DNA of 64,000 bases from Candidatus Onthomonas sp. (lineage in GTDB: Bacteria > Bacillota > Clostridia > Oscillospirales > Oscillospiraceae), in NCBI GenBank assembly GCA_051866815.1, contig JBJDXS010000058.1, forward strand, positions 31,706-95,705, written 5' to 3'. Below the pieces are notes generated by a model. The model was not told the DNA's origin. It searched no databases and saw only the letters and a list, made by a program, of their open reading frames with translations. A program made the translations under genes and the position numbers. Positions 1 to 8,376 of the stretch are shown in pieces; within the stretch, counting starts at the first letter, position 1, and every line of letters starts with the position of its first letter.

Positions 1-1483
1 TGATGCGGAAGATCTCCAGTTCTACGGTATCTCCGATGGAGAGATCCTGAATGATCTCCTTCACCTCAGCCACAGAGACCACGCTGATCCCGTTGACGGC
101 GGTGATATAGTCCCCCACCTGCAGACCCTGGGCATAGGCGTCGGAGCCCTCGTTGACAGAGGCCACCAGCAGGCCGGTGACCGGCTCTCCGTTGCGCTCC
201 GCCGTCTCCTGGTCGATGCCGTAGCAGGTGATGCCCAGCACAGGGCGGCTCACTTTACCCGCAGAGGCCAGCGTGGGGACGATCTCCCGCACCACGCTGG
301 TGGGGACGGCAAAGCCCAGTCCCTCCACCGTAACAACGTTGGAGTTCATCTTCATATTGTTGACCCCCACCACCTGGCCGTAGATATTGATCAGCGGGCC
401 GCCGGAGTTGCCGGAGTTGAGGGCGGCGGTGGTCTGAATCAGGGTCATGGAGTAGCTGTTTACCGTCACATTCCGGTTGATGGCGGAGATGATGCCGTTG
501 GTCAGGGTGCCCCGGAGCTCAGTGCCCAGGGGATCGCCGATGGCCAGGGCCTCGTCGCCCACAGTGAGCTCATCAGAGTCGCCGAACTGGGCGGGAGTCA
601 GCCCCTCCGCCTCGATTTTCAGCACTGCCAGATCGGTCTGGGCGTCGCCTCCCACCAGCAGGGCCTCATAGGTCTCGTCATCGCTGGTGGTGACCCGGCA
701 GGTTCTGCCCCCCTCAATGACGTGGTTGCAGGTGAGAATATAGCCATCTTCGGTCATGACGATGCCGGTGCCGGTGCCGATGCCCTCGTCGCTGGTGACG
801 GTGATGGAGACGGTGGAGGGCAGGCATTTGTCGTACAGCTCCTGATAGCTCAGCGGCTTCAGCCCTTTGGCGGACTGGATGTTCACTGTCAGACTGGAAT
901 CCAGCTCCGCCCGCTCCAGCTCGCTGGGCTCCGTCTCAGAGGCGGTATTCTGGGAGGGCTGGGGCTCGGGAAGCGGCTCCGCCTGGCTGCCGCCGTCCTC
1001 CTCCCAGTCGGGGTCAAAGGGGGCCTCTTCCTCGTACCAACTGTCCGCCCAGCCGTCGTCGTAGTATTCTTCCTCCAGCCAGCCGGATACGGTTAGGTTA
1101 ATTGCCAGGCTGGCCACCAGGGCTACGGCGATGATGACCATTGCCCCGACGGCGTTAAACCGCTTCCGGGGCCGAATGGTGGAGCCGGACTCCGGGTAGA
1201 TATACCGGTCGCCCCGGGGATCGTGTGGGGGTGTGGGCGGCTGCGCTCCGTCGTCGTCCGGTTCCGGAGTACGGACACTCCGGCGTTGCTCTGCCTGCTG
1301 GCGGCGGAGCCTTTGGGCCTGCATCCGCTCCTGCTTCTGCGCCTCTACCTCCCGGCAGTGCCAATCGCCGGCGTCCTCTCGCCCCCGGCAGGAAAACCAT
1401 TCCCGGAGTCTGCCGCCTTCGCTCAGCTCCCAGGGAGGGCGCTCCTCGCCCTTGGAATAACGGATGTCCTCTGGATCGTACAT
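1..1483 (-). CDS. htrA: HtrA/DegP-family S1C serine protease with C-terminal PDZ; 3' end runs off the window
   Basis: Not in the ORF track because it is open at nt 1. Reverse translation from ATG 1483..1481 gives a basic N-terminus and a TM anchor (AVGAMVIIAVALVASLAI). The trypsin-like core has His (TCNHVI), Asp (DLAVLKI) and Ser (GNSGGPLIN) motifs. A PDZ-like segment (GDYITAVNGISV) is still open at the window edge. Confidence 0.85.
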   Translation of the reverse strand, partial: MYDPEDIRYSKGEERPPWELSEGGRLREWFSCRGREDAGDWHCREVEAQKQERMQAQRLRRQQAEQRRSVRTPEPDDDGAQPPTPPHDPRGDRYIYPESGSTIRPRKRFNAVGAMVIIAVALVASLAINLTVSGWLEEEYYDDGWADSWYEEEAPFDPDWEEDGGSQAEPLPEPQPSQNTASETEPSELERAELDSSLTVNIQSAKGLKPLSYQELYDKCLPSTVSITVTSDEGIGTGTGIVMTEDGYILTCNHVIEGGRTCRVTTSDDETYEALLVGGDAQTDLAVLKIEAEGLTPAQFGDSDELTVGDEALAIGDPLGTELRGTLTNGIISAINRNVTVNSYSMTLIQTTAALNSGNSGGPLINIYGQVVGVNNMKMNSNVVTVEGLGFAVPTSVVREIVPTLASAGKVSRPVLGITCYGIDQETAERNGEPVTGLLVASVNEGSDAYAQGLQVGDYITAVNGISVVSVAEVKEIIQDLSIGDTVELEIFRI

Positions 1484-1523
1484 AGATGCTCCTCTTCTCT
1501 CTCCCTACTCTCTGCTGCTCCGG

Positions 1524-2954
1524 TTACCGGGCCAGGGTCAGGGTAAAGGTAAACTCGGTGACACCGTCCTTGCTGGTTACGGTGATGGACTCTTTCAGCT
1601 CGTTCAAAATGGTCTTGACCAGATACAGCCCCAGACCCACGCCCTCCTTGTCCAGACTGCGGGAGCGGTCGGATTTATGCAGCCGGTCAAAGATGAGGGG
1701 CAGCTCCTCCTCCGGGATGGTCTCTCCGGTGTCCCGCACTGAGACATAGGCCTTGCCCCCCTTGGTGGTGATGGAGACTCCGATCACCGTACCCGGGGTG
1801 GAGAATTTGATGGCGTTGTCCATCAGGTTGTAGCAGACCTGGGTGATGGAGTCCGGATCTCCCCAGACCAGCACCGGGCCGTCGGGGAACCGGGCGTCCA
1901 CATCCAGCTTGCGGCTGTTGATCTTGCCCTCCAGGCTGATGAGCACCTGGGCCATGGTCTCGGTGACGTCAAACTCCGTCTGGCTGAGCACCATGTCGCC
2001 GGACTGGAGCCGGGACATGTCCAGCATCCGGCGCACCAGCCGGGACAGCCGCCGGGTCTCGTCCGAGATGGTCTGAAGATACTCCCGCTCCTTTTCCGGC
2101 GGGATGGTGCCGTCCAGAATGCCGTCGGCAAAGCCGGCAATGGTGGTCATGGGCGTCTTTAACTCGTGGGAGATATTGGCCACAAACTCGCTCCGCTTCT
2201 GCTCGGCGCAGGCGATGGAGTCCGCCATGGCGTTGAAGGCCCGGGCCAGCTCGCCCACCTCGTCGTTCCGGTTGTGACCGTCTGCCCGCAGGTCATATTC
2301 TCCCATGCCGAACCGGCGCACCACGTCGGTCATCTCCTGGATGGGCTTGGTCTGCTGCCGGGAGGAGATAGAGCTGGAGAGAAAGGCGATGCACAGCACC
2401 ACCACGGCGGTAAAGAAGAAGATCACGGAAAAGCCCCGCCACATCTCGGTGAGCTCGTCGGTGGAAATGGTCACCAGAATCAGCCCCCGGATCTCCGGCG
2501 TTCCGCCCCGGTTCACCGTCACCGGCGCTCCGGAGACAAACCGGCGCTCGGAGAAGATGCCCAGACTGGTCATGGCGGAATAGCGCCCCTCCTGGAGCAG
2601 CTTATCCACCGCCGTCTGTGGAATGTACTTGCCGTCCCAGGCGTCGGTGGGCTCTCCGCCGCCGCTGCCGAAAAGCACCTGTCCGTCCGGCTGGCAGAGG
2701 ATGACGTCTGAATCGATCAGCCGGGCGGCTGCGGTGAGATAGACCTCAAAGTCCTCGTCGGTGACGCCCACTTCCCGGCTGAGCAACTGACTGGTCAGGG
2801 CGGCCATGTAATTTGCCTTGTTGTCCAGGCTTGCCTTCTGATCCCGCACTGCGTACTGATAGCTCAGCGTCATAAAAGCGGAGCCCAGCAGGGCAAAGGA
2901 GAACAGGATCATGCCGGCGGTGAGGGCAAAATGCCGCTTGAACAGGCTGTTCAA
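1524..2954 (-). CDS. Sensor histidine kinase (TM-HAMP-HisKA-HATPase)
   Basis: 476-aa ORF with two TM segments, H-box FVANISHELKTPMT and a C-terminal ATPase region (DTGETIP, GVGLGLYLV). TTG start sits 6 nt after AAAGGGGGAG. Confidence 0.9.
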   Translation of the reverse strand: MNSLFKRHFALTAGMILFSFALLGSAFMTLSYQYAVRDQKASLDNKANYMAALTSQLLSREVGVTDEDFEVYLTAAARLIDSDVILCQPDGQVLFGSGGGEPTDAWDGKYIPQTAVDKLLQEGRYSAMTSLGIFSERRFVSGAPVTVNRGGTPEIRGLILVTISTDELTEMWRGFSVIFFFTAVVVLCIAFLSSSISSRQQTKPIQEMTDVVRRFGMGEYDLRADGHNRNDEVGELARAFNAMADSIACAEQKRSEFVANISHELKTPMTTIAGFADGILDGTIPPEKEREYLQTISDETRRLSRLVRRMLDMSRLQSGDMVLSQTEFDVTETMAQVLISLEGKINSRKLDVDARFPDGPVLVWGDPDSITQVCYNLMDNAIKFSTPGTVIGVSITTKGGKAYVSVRDTGETIPEEELPLIFDRLHKSDRSRSLDKEGVGLGLYLVKTILNELKESITVTSKDGVTEFTFTLTLAR

Positions 2955-2979
2955 GGAAAGCTCCCCCTTTCTCCGGCCC

Positions 2980-3666
2980 TCAGGCCGTCACCAGCTCAAA
3001 CTTATAGCCCACGCCCCACACCGTCTTGAGGCTCCACTGGTCGGATACGCCCTCCAGCTTCTCCCGCAGGCGCTTGATATGCACGTCCACCGTCCGGCTG
3101 TCGCCGAAGTAGTCAAAGCCCCAGACCTCGTCCAGCAGCTGGTTGCGGGTAAACACCCGGTTGGGGGAGGAGGCCAGGTGGAAGAGCAGCTCCATCTCCT
3201 TGGGGGGCGTGTCCACCCGCTTGCCGTCCACCAGCAGCTCGTAGGACTCCATATTGATGACCAGCTTGTCAAAGGTCAGCTTCTTGGGGTTCTGCTCCTC
3301 GGTTCCGCCGTAACGGCGCAGCACGGCGTGGATCCGGGCCAGCACCTCCTTCATCTCAAAGGGCTTGACGATATAGTCATCGGCGCCCATCTCCAGGCCG
3401 GAGACCTTGTCGGTGGTCTCGCCCTTGGCGGTGAGCATAATGACGGGGGTCTTGTCCGTCTCCCGGATCTTTTTCAGCACCCCCCAGCCGTCAATCACCG
3501 GCAGCATCAGGTCCAGCAGCACCAGATCCGGGTGATAGCTGCGAAACAGCTCCACCCCTTTGCCGCCGTCCGGGGCAATCTGGGTCTCAAAGCCCTCCTT
3601 CTCCAGGTACAGCTGCAGCAGCTGGGCGATATTGGGGTCGTCTTCCACAATGAGTACTTTGGTCAT
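2980..3666 (-). CDS. OmpR-family response regulator
   Basis: MTKVLIVEDDP receiver with phospho-Asp context (DLVLLDLMLP) and a winged-helix C-terminus (VWGVGYKF). Start trimmed to ATG 3666; the track ORF extends to 3723. Confidence 0.9.
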   Translation of the reverse strand: MTKVLIVEDDPNIAQLLQLYLEKEGFETQIAPDGGKGVELFRSYHPDLVLLDLMLPVIDGWGVLKKIRETDKTPVIMLTAKGETTDKVSGLEMGADDYIVKPFEMKEVLARIHAVLRRYGGTEEQNPKKLTFDKLVINMESYELLVDGKRVDTPPKEMELLFHLASSPNRVFTRNQLLDEVWGFDYFGDSRTVDVHIKRLREKLEGVSDQWSLKTVWGVGYKFELVTA

Positions 3667-3778
3667 GGCTCGGTCCTCGTTTCTCTGTGCCATTTGCCGG
3701 TCCCTGCCGGACAAATACAGCATTTTTTGATATTATACCGCATAAATGCGGGGTTAGGTGAATTTTTTGTGAATCCAA

Positions 3779-4381
3779 TTATGAAAAGTTCCAACCGGCC
3801 GCCCGGCCCGCCGCTCCCGCCAGCAGGGGATTGTGCCGCTGCTTGGCGGGCAGGCGCCAGTATCGCCGGAGAATCTCCAGGCTCCGCTGCTCCGGCGCGT
3901 TTCCCGGCCCCTGGGCCAGCAGGCAGAGTAACCCAACAGGAAGCTCCGCTGCCTCTCCCGTCCGCCCGGCCAGCACCCGGCACCGCCGGAGGGTGTACTC
4001 CCGCAGAAAGGCGGGCTCCCCTCCGTCCTGCCGCCGCAGGCCGGTTTGCGCTTTTGGCTCCGGCCAGGGAAGACCGGCGTAAAATGCCAGTACCCAGCGC
4101 AGCCAGTCCTGGGAAAAGGACAGCAGCAGAAGCCCGTTTTCCGCCCGGAGGTCTGAAAAGGGCGTACCGCTCAGGTCAGCGCGCTCCGCCAGGGCCCGGG
4201 CCAGTTGGCAGGGCTCCTCTCCCGGGCCGGCGCACTGCCGGGGCAGGGCGGAGAGCAGCAGCCCCGCCTCCCCCCGCAGCCGCAGGGGAATCCGCTCCGG
4301 CACCGGCCGCTCCAGAGCCAGAAGGGCTCCGGTCAGCAGCCGGGCGGCGGCGGTCAGGGCTTCCTCCATGGGCCAGCTCAC
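3779..4381 (-). CDS. Hypothetical protein resembling an arginyl-tRNA synthetase with the catalytic core missing (N-terminal Add-1-like plus C-terminal DALR-like parts)
   Basis: 200-aa ORF whose ATG overlaps the stop of the upstream DUF1934 gene (ATGA at 4378-4381). The segment ...LRAENGLLLLSFSQDWL resembles the ArgRS N-domain motif (IAGPGFINFxL..xxL). No HIGH/KMSK motifs are present. The function call is a guess. Confidence 0.5.
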   Translation of the reverse strand: MSWPMEEALTAAARLLTGALLALERPVPERIPLRLRGEAGLLLSALPRQCAGPGEEPCQLARALAERADLSGTPFSDLRAENGLLLLSFSQDWLRWVLAFYAGLPWPEPKAQTGLRRQDGGEPAFLREYTLRRCRVLAGRTGEAAELPVGLLCLLAQGPGNAPEQRSLEILRRYWRLPAKQRHNPLLAGAAGRAAGWNFS

Positions 4382-4824
4382 TGCTTCAGCGGGGACTGGG
4401 CCTCCCGCACCGAGATGCGGAAGCTGTTGCGTCCGGCCAGGGCGTGGTCAATCTCGATAGAGTAGTCGATCTCCAGCTTGCCCCCCTCCGGGGAGATGGT
4501 GGAGTACAGCCGGCTGGTGGAGATGCCCACCTCCAGGCTGCCGTAGGGGGTGTTGTAGAGGGAGTGATGCCGCCGGCCCTGCTCAAAGACCATCTGGGAG
4601 CAGACGGTGCCCGTCCGCATCAGGGTCACCCGGGGCCCCTGGATCTGGAAGACGGTGGTGGTGCCCTCCATTCCGGTGAGGGCGGTCTCCTCATAGCTCA
4701 GCCGGTAGCCTCCCTCCACCGGGAGCAGCTTGCCCTCGGTGAGCAGGCTCATCTGGTCGTTCTCGGTGCCCTCATAGGCCTGAAAGCCCCGGATAGAGAT
4801 CATGACATCTTTTTCTGTCGCCAT
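4378..4824 (-). CDS. DUF1934 (YwiB-like) beta-barrel protein
   Basis: 148-aa ORF with AAGAGGAAA SD before the ATG. The sequence pattern (ISIRG...LLTEGKL...YEE...TTTVFQI...V.L.R.G) matches my memory of the YwiB family. Confidence 0.75.
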   Translation of the reverse strand: MATEKDVMISIRGFQAYEGTENDQMSLLTEGKLLPVEGGYRLSYEETALTGMEGTTTVFQIQGPRVTLMRTGTVCSQMVFEQGRRHHSLYNTPYGSLEVGISTSRLYSTISPEGGKLEIDYSIEIDHALAGRNSFRISVREAQSPLKQ

Positions 4825-4864
4825 TGTAATTTCCTCTTATCTGCCTGTCCTCAGGGGGGACGGC

Positions 4865-5680
4865 TCAGTATTTTTCAATATCCACCTTGCCCACCGGCTC
4901 GGTGACCGGCCGGCCCAGGAAACGGGTGGCCAGCTCCCGGAAATCTGCCTGGGCGTCGCTGACGTACCAGCGGCTGGCCCCCTTCTGCTCCGTCGGGGCC
5001 AGCTGGTCGTGCTCGGCCAGCCAACGGCCTACCTGATGGGCCACCTCGGCGCCGGAGTCCACCAGCGCCACCTCCGGGCCCATGAAATTGGAGATGACCT
5101 CCCGCAGCAGGGGATAGTGGGTGCAGCCCAGCACCAGCACGTCCACCCTAGCCTCCTTCAGCGGCGAGAGATAGTCCCGGACCACCGTCTCGATGACCAC
5201 ATCTCCCGGCTGCGTCCGCCCGTTTTCCACCAGGGGGACAAAGAGGGGACAAGCGGCGGGGAAAATCTGGGCTCTCGGGGCGTTGGCCCAGATCACCCGC
5301 TCATAGGCCCCGGTGGAGATGGTGGCCCTGGTGGCGATGAGGCCGATCCGATTGTTCCGGGTCAACTCCACCGCCCGGACGGCGGTGGGCTCCACTACGC
5401 CAAAGACAGGGATGTCCTGCTCCTGCCGAAGGGCGTACAGCGCGGTGGAGCTGACGGTGCCGCAGGCGATGACCACCGCCTTCAGGTCGAAGGTGCGGAG
5501 AAAGGCCACGTCCTGGCGGGCGTATTTGGTAATGGTCTCCCGGCCCCGGCTGCCGTAGGGCACCCGGCCGGTGTCGCCAAAGTAGATGATGTTTTCCTGG
5601 GGCATCCGGCTGGCCAGCTCCCGGACGGCAGTGAGTCCCCCCAGACCGGAGTCAAAGACCCCAATGGGACGGTGATCCAT
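4865..5680 (-). CDS. murI: Glutamate racemase
   Basis: PIGVFDSGLGGLT N-terminus, two catalytic Cys contexts (VIACGT, VLGCTHYP), 271 aa. Confidence 0.92.
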   Translation of the reverse strand: MDHRPIGVFDSGLGGLTAVRELASRMPQENIIYFGDTGRVPYGSRGRETITKYARQDVAFLRTFDLKAVVIACGTVSSTALYALRQEQDIPVFGVVEPTAVRAVELTRNNRIGLIATRATISTGAYERVIWANAPRAQIFPAACPLFVPLVENGRTQPGDVVIETVVRDYLSPLKEARVDVLVLGCTHYPLLREVISNFMGPEVALVDSGAEVAHQVGRWLAEHDQLAPTEQKGASRWYVSDAQADFRELATRFLGRPVTEPVGKVDIEKY

Positions 5681-5855
5681 AGATGGTTTCCTCCCTGGCG
5701 CATAGATTTTGATACAGAGTCAGTATAATGATACGTCATCCGCCGGAGCTTGACAAGGACATTTTTCCGCGCCGTCCTGTTTTCCGCCTGTCCGGCTCTG
5801 AAAAAATGCCGATTCAACGATATTCCGACGGAAAACATTTCACAGCAGGTGCCAA

Positions 5856-5883
5856 TTGACAATGCCCGGAAATATACTATACT
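5856..5883 (+). promoter_or_regulatory. Sigma-70-type promoter candidate (TTGACA-16-TATACT)
   Basis: TTGACA at 5856-5861 and TATACT at 5878-5883, upstream of the 5967 ORF. Confidence 0.4.
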
Positions 5884-5966
5884 ATAAGTTGAATTTCCCG
5901 ACGCCGCGGATGCGGCAGAGTGAGGCGGCGTTTCGCGCCGCCGCCCTGGAGAGGAGGTTGTGGGGA

Positions 5967-6383
5967 ATGGAACTGAAGCTCACGGCCAAGCAATTCCGCC
6001 GCCTGCTGGACATGGCTTACATCGGAAACTGGGTGCTCAACTCCGCCCGGGGAGAGGACCGCTTCCAGGACTATGATCAGGTACAGAGCCTGTTGTTTTC
6101 CAAGGCCGAGGAGGAGGGGATGGGCGCCCTTGCCATTCGCTTCGGCTCGGCGGCCCTGCCCAGCCCCGCCTATGTCAACGGCGGCATTCATGAGGCGATT
6201 GCCGACTATGAGGACGCCATCTTCTTCCGCATTCTGGCGGAGGAGCTGGCCCGGCGGGATATGAACGACGTCCCCATTGACGAGAGCAATATGGAGGAGC
6301 TGCACCAGCGCATGGACGCCTATATGGAGGAATTTGAGCTCCACGGCACCGACCATGTGATGGTGGAGACGGAGGACAATTAA
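5967..6383 (+). CDS. Hypothetical acidic protein
   Basis: Start chosen at ATG 5967, after GGAGAGGAGG. 138 aa, no recognisable motif. Followed by a strong terminator. Confidence 0.55.
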   Translation: MELKLTAKQFRRLLDMAYIGNWVLNSARGEDRFQDYDQVQSLLFSKAEEEGMGALAIRFGSAALPSPAYVNGGIHEAIADYEDAIFFRILAEELARRDMNDVPIDESNMEELHQRMDAYMEEFELHGTDHVMVETEDN

Positions 6384-6398
6384 AGACGGTCACCCACA

Positions 6399-6431
6399 CC
6401 GCCCGGCAGCTTTGGCTGCCGGGCGGTTTTG
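6399..6431 (+). terminator. Rho-independent terminator
   Basis: CCGCCCGGCAGC-TTTG-GCTGCCGGGCGG followed by TTTT. Confidence 0.8.
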
Positions 6432-6634
6432 CGCTTTGGCAGCGGCCCGGCCTCCGCCGGGAACAGCGGCTTTGACCGGCAGCGGCCCGAAAACTGTTTG
6501 ATTTTACAGGATGTTTCCGAAAAATTTAAGGACAAAATACTGTCAAGCAGAACAAAAACCGGAAGTGTTTTGGAAATGTTTTTAGGTACTCCGACAAAAT
6601 GCGCCGAAAAAATTACGGAATTAGCTGACTTTTG

Positions 6635-6663
6635 TTGACAAAATTGCATATTAACAATAGAAT
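6635..6663 (+). promoter_or_regulatory. Sigma-70-type promoter (TTGACA-17-TAGAAT)
   Basis: TTGACA at 6635-6640 and TAGAAT at 6658-6663, in an AT-rich spacer 85 nt upstream of the symporter start. Confidence 0.55.
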
Positions 6664-6747
6664 AGTTTCACTTGACGTGCTCCGGCTGATCGTGCCGTTT
6701 TTTTGCCGGAAAGCTGCGCAGCTTGAGGAGAAAAGGAGAAAACTGTT

Positions 6748-8178
6748 ATGGAAGCCTTTACACAAGCGGTCTCAAAGATTGACGACCTGGTCTGGGGCGT
6801 GCCCCTGATCGTATTGATTATCGCCTGCGGCGTCTGGCTGACGATTCGCACCGGCCTGGTTCAGGTGCTTCACTTGGGCAAGGCGCTGAAATTCATGGTG
6901 AAGAATGAGGAGGACGGCCACGGCGAGGTCACCTCCTTCGGCGCGCTGTGCACCGCCCTCTCCGCCACCATCGGTACCGGCAATATCGTCGGCGTGGCTT
7001 CCGCCATTGCCGCCGGCGGCCCCGGCGCCCTGCTGTGGATGGAGATTGCCGCTTTCTTCGGCATGGCCACCAAATACGCCGAGGGCCTGCTGGCGGTCAA
7101 ATACCGGGAGATCGACAGCGACGGCCACGTCCTGGGCGGCCCCTTCTACTACATCGAAAAAGGCATGGGCAAGAGCTGGAAGTGGATGGGCAAGCTGTTC
7201 TCCCTCTTTGCCGTCCTGGCCGGCGCTCTGGGCATCGGCACCATCACCCAGATCAACGGTATCACCTCCGCCGCCCAGAACTTCTTTGACCCGGACAAGG
7301 CCCATGTGGTCTTCACCATCGGCTCCGGGGAGGCCGCAGTGGATATCACCGTGACCACCATTGTGGTGGGCCTGATCGTCACCATCTGCGCCGCTCTGGT
7401 CATCATCGGCGGCATCCAGCGGATTGCCAAGGTCTCCGAGATCATCGTACCCTTCATGGCCATCCTCTATGTGGCCTGCGGCCTGATCATCCTGATTACC
7501 AACTTCACCGCCATCCCCAACGCCCTGTATCAGATTTTCTACGGTGCTTTCAATCCCCAGGCAGTGGCCGGCGGCATTGTGGGCGTGACCATCAAGATCG
7601 CCATTCAGAAGGGCGTGGCCCGGGGCATCTTTTCCAACGAGGCCGGCCTGGGCTCCGCTCCCATCGCCGCCGCCGCCGCCCAGACCAAGGAGCCTGTCCG
7701 TCAGGGCCTGGTGACCATGACCGGCACCTTTATCGACACCATCATCGTCTGCACCATGACCGGCCTGGCCATCGTCATCTCCGGCGCCTGGGATCCTGCC
7801 CTGGGTCTGCAGGGTGCGGAGATCACCATGTACGCCTTCCAGAATGCCCTGCCCTTCCCGGCCAAGGTGGGCTCCTTCCTGCTGATGCTCTGCCTCATGT
7901 TCTTCGCCTTCACCACCATCCTGGGCTGGGACTACTACGCGGAGCGGAGCCTGGAGTACCTCTCCGACCGGAATATGACCGCCGTCAGGGTCTATCGCTG
8001 GATCTACATCGCCGCCGTCTTTGTGGGCCCCTACCTGACTGTGTCCGTGGTCTGGAGCATCGCCGACGTGTTCAACGGCCTCATGGCATTCCCCAACATC
8101 ATCGCCCTGCTGGCCCTGTCCGGCGTGGTGGCCAAGGAGACCAAGGATTATTTCCAGCGCAGCAAGCTGCAGAAGTAA
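6748..8178 (+). CDS. Alanine/glycine:cation symporter (AGCS family)
   Basis: 476 aa, polytopic. Motifs GALCTALSATIGTGNIVGVASAI and FSNEAGLGSAPIAAAAA are typical of sodium:alanine symporters. Confidence 0.9.
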   Translation: MEAFTQAVSKIDDLVWGVPLIVLIIACGVWLTIRTGLVQVLHLGKALKFMVKNEEDGHGEVTSFGALCTALSATIGTGNIVGVASAIAAGGPGALLWMEIAAFFGMATKYAEGLLAVKYREIDSDGHVLGGPFYYIEKGMGKSWKWMGKLFSLFAVLAGALGIGTITQINGITSAAQNFFDPDKAHVVFTIGSGEAAVDITVTTIVVGLIVTICAALVIIGGIQRIAKVSEIIVPFMAILYVACGLIILITNFTAIPNALYQIFYGAFNPQAVAGGIVGVTIKIAIQKGVARGIFSNEAGLGSAPIAAAAAQTKEPVRQGLVTMTGTFIDTIIVCTMTGLAIVISGAWDPALGLQGAEITMYAFQNALPFPAKVGSFLLMLCLMFFAFTTILGWDYYAERSLEYLSDRNMTAVRVYRWIYIAAVFVGPYLTVSVVWSIADVFNGLMAFPNIIALLALSGVVAKETKDYFQRSKLQK

Positions 8179-8200
8179 GCAACCCTCATAAAAGCACAGC

Positions 8201-8228
8201 ATCCCCGGCGTTTTGCGATGCCGGGGAT
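8201..8228 (+). terminator. Terminator hairpin after the symporter gene
   Basis: ATCCCCGGC-loop-GCCGGGGAT, with a weak T tract (ATTCATTTG). Confidence 0.55.
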
Positions 8229-8261
8229 ATTCATTTGCGCGTGCCTTGTACGGGCGGCCAC

Positions 8262-8284
8262 GCAGGGGCGCACATCGTGCGCCC
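8262..8284 (+). repeat. REP-like hairpin repeat, copy 1 (GCAGGGGCGCAC-ATC-GTGCGCCC)
   Basis: 8-bp GC stem identical to the copies inside the RAYT gene (32609, 32785). One loop base differs and the head is GCAGGG instead of GTAGGG. Confidence 0.75.
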
Positions 8285-8376
8285 GCCGTTTCGCAAAGCT
8301 CTCCTGACAATGGATGGGCGGCAGAGCAAGCCAATGCCCCCGGTGTCCGAAGACACCGGGGGCAGGGTATTTTCTG

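Noticed and set aside
3587-3983. Small overlapping ORFs (63, 106, 60 and 83 aa) around the response-regulator start and the ArgRS-like ORF.
   Set aside because: They overlap better-supported genes, are Arg/Pro/Gly-rich, and lack SD sequences.
2911-4905. 664-aa plus-strand ORF, and similar very long ORFs opposite known genes: 6772-8334, 8314-9837, 13178-15721, 22130-23875, 24962-26638, 30453-32246, 40018-42069, 42109-43554, 50998-53610.
   Set aside because: Each lies antisense to, or out of frame with, a gene that has clear family motifs. Their translations are low-complexity Gly/Ala/Arg/Pro/Leu-rich strings, which is typical of stop-codon-poor shadow frames in high-GC DNA. None has a convincing SD or start context.
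6432-6747. Possible glycine (or other amino-acid) riboswitch upstream of the alanine/glycine:cation symporter.
   Set aside because: AGCS genes are often glycine-riboswitch controlled, but I could not find the tandem GGAGAG...CACCGAAGGGGCAA-type cores. The leader after the promoter is only about 80 nt and holds short palindromes (AAGCTGC/GCAGCTT). An Rfam scan would be needed to be sure.
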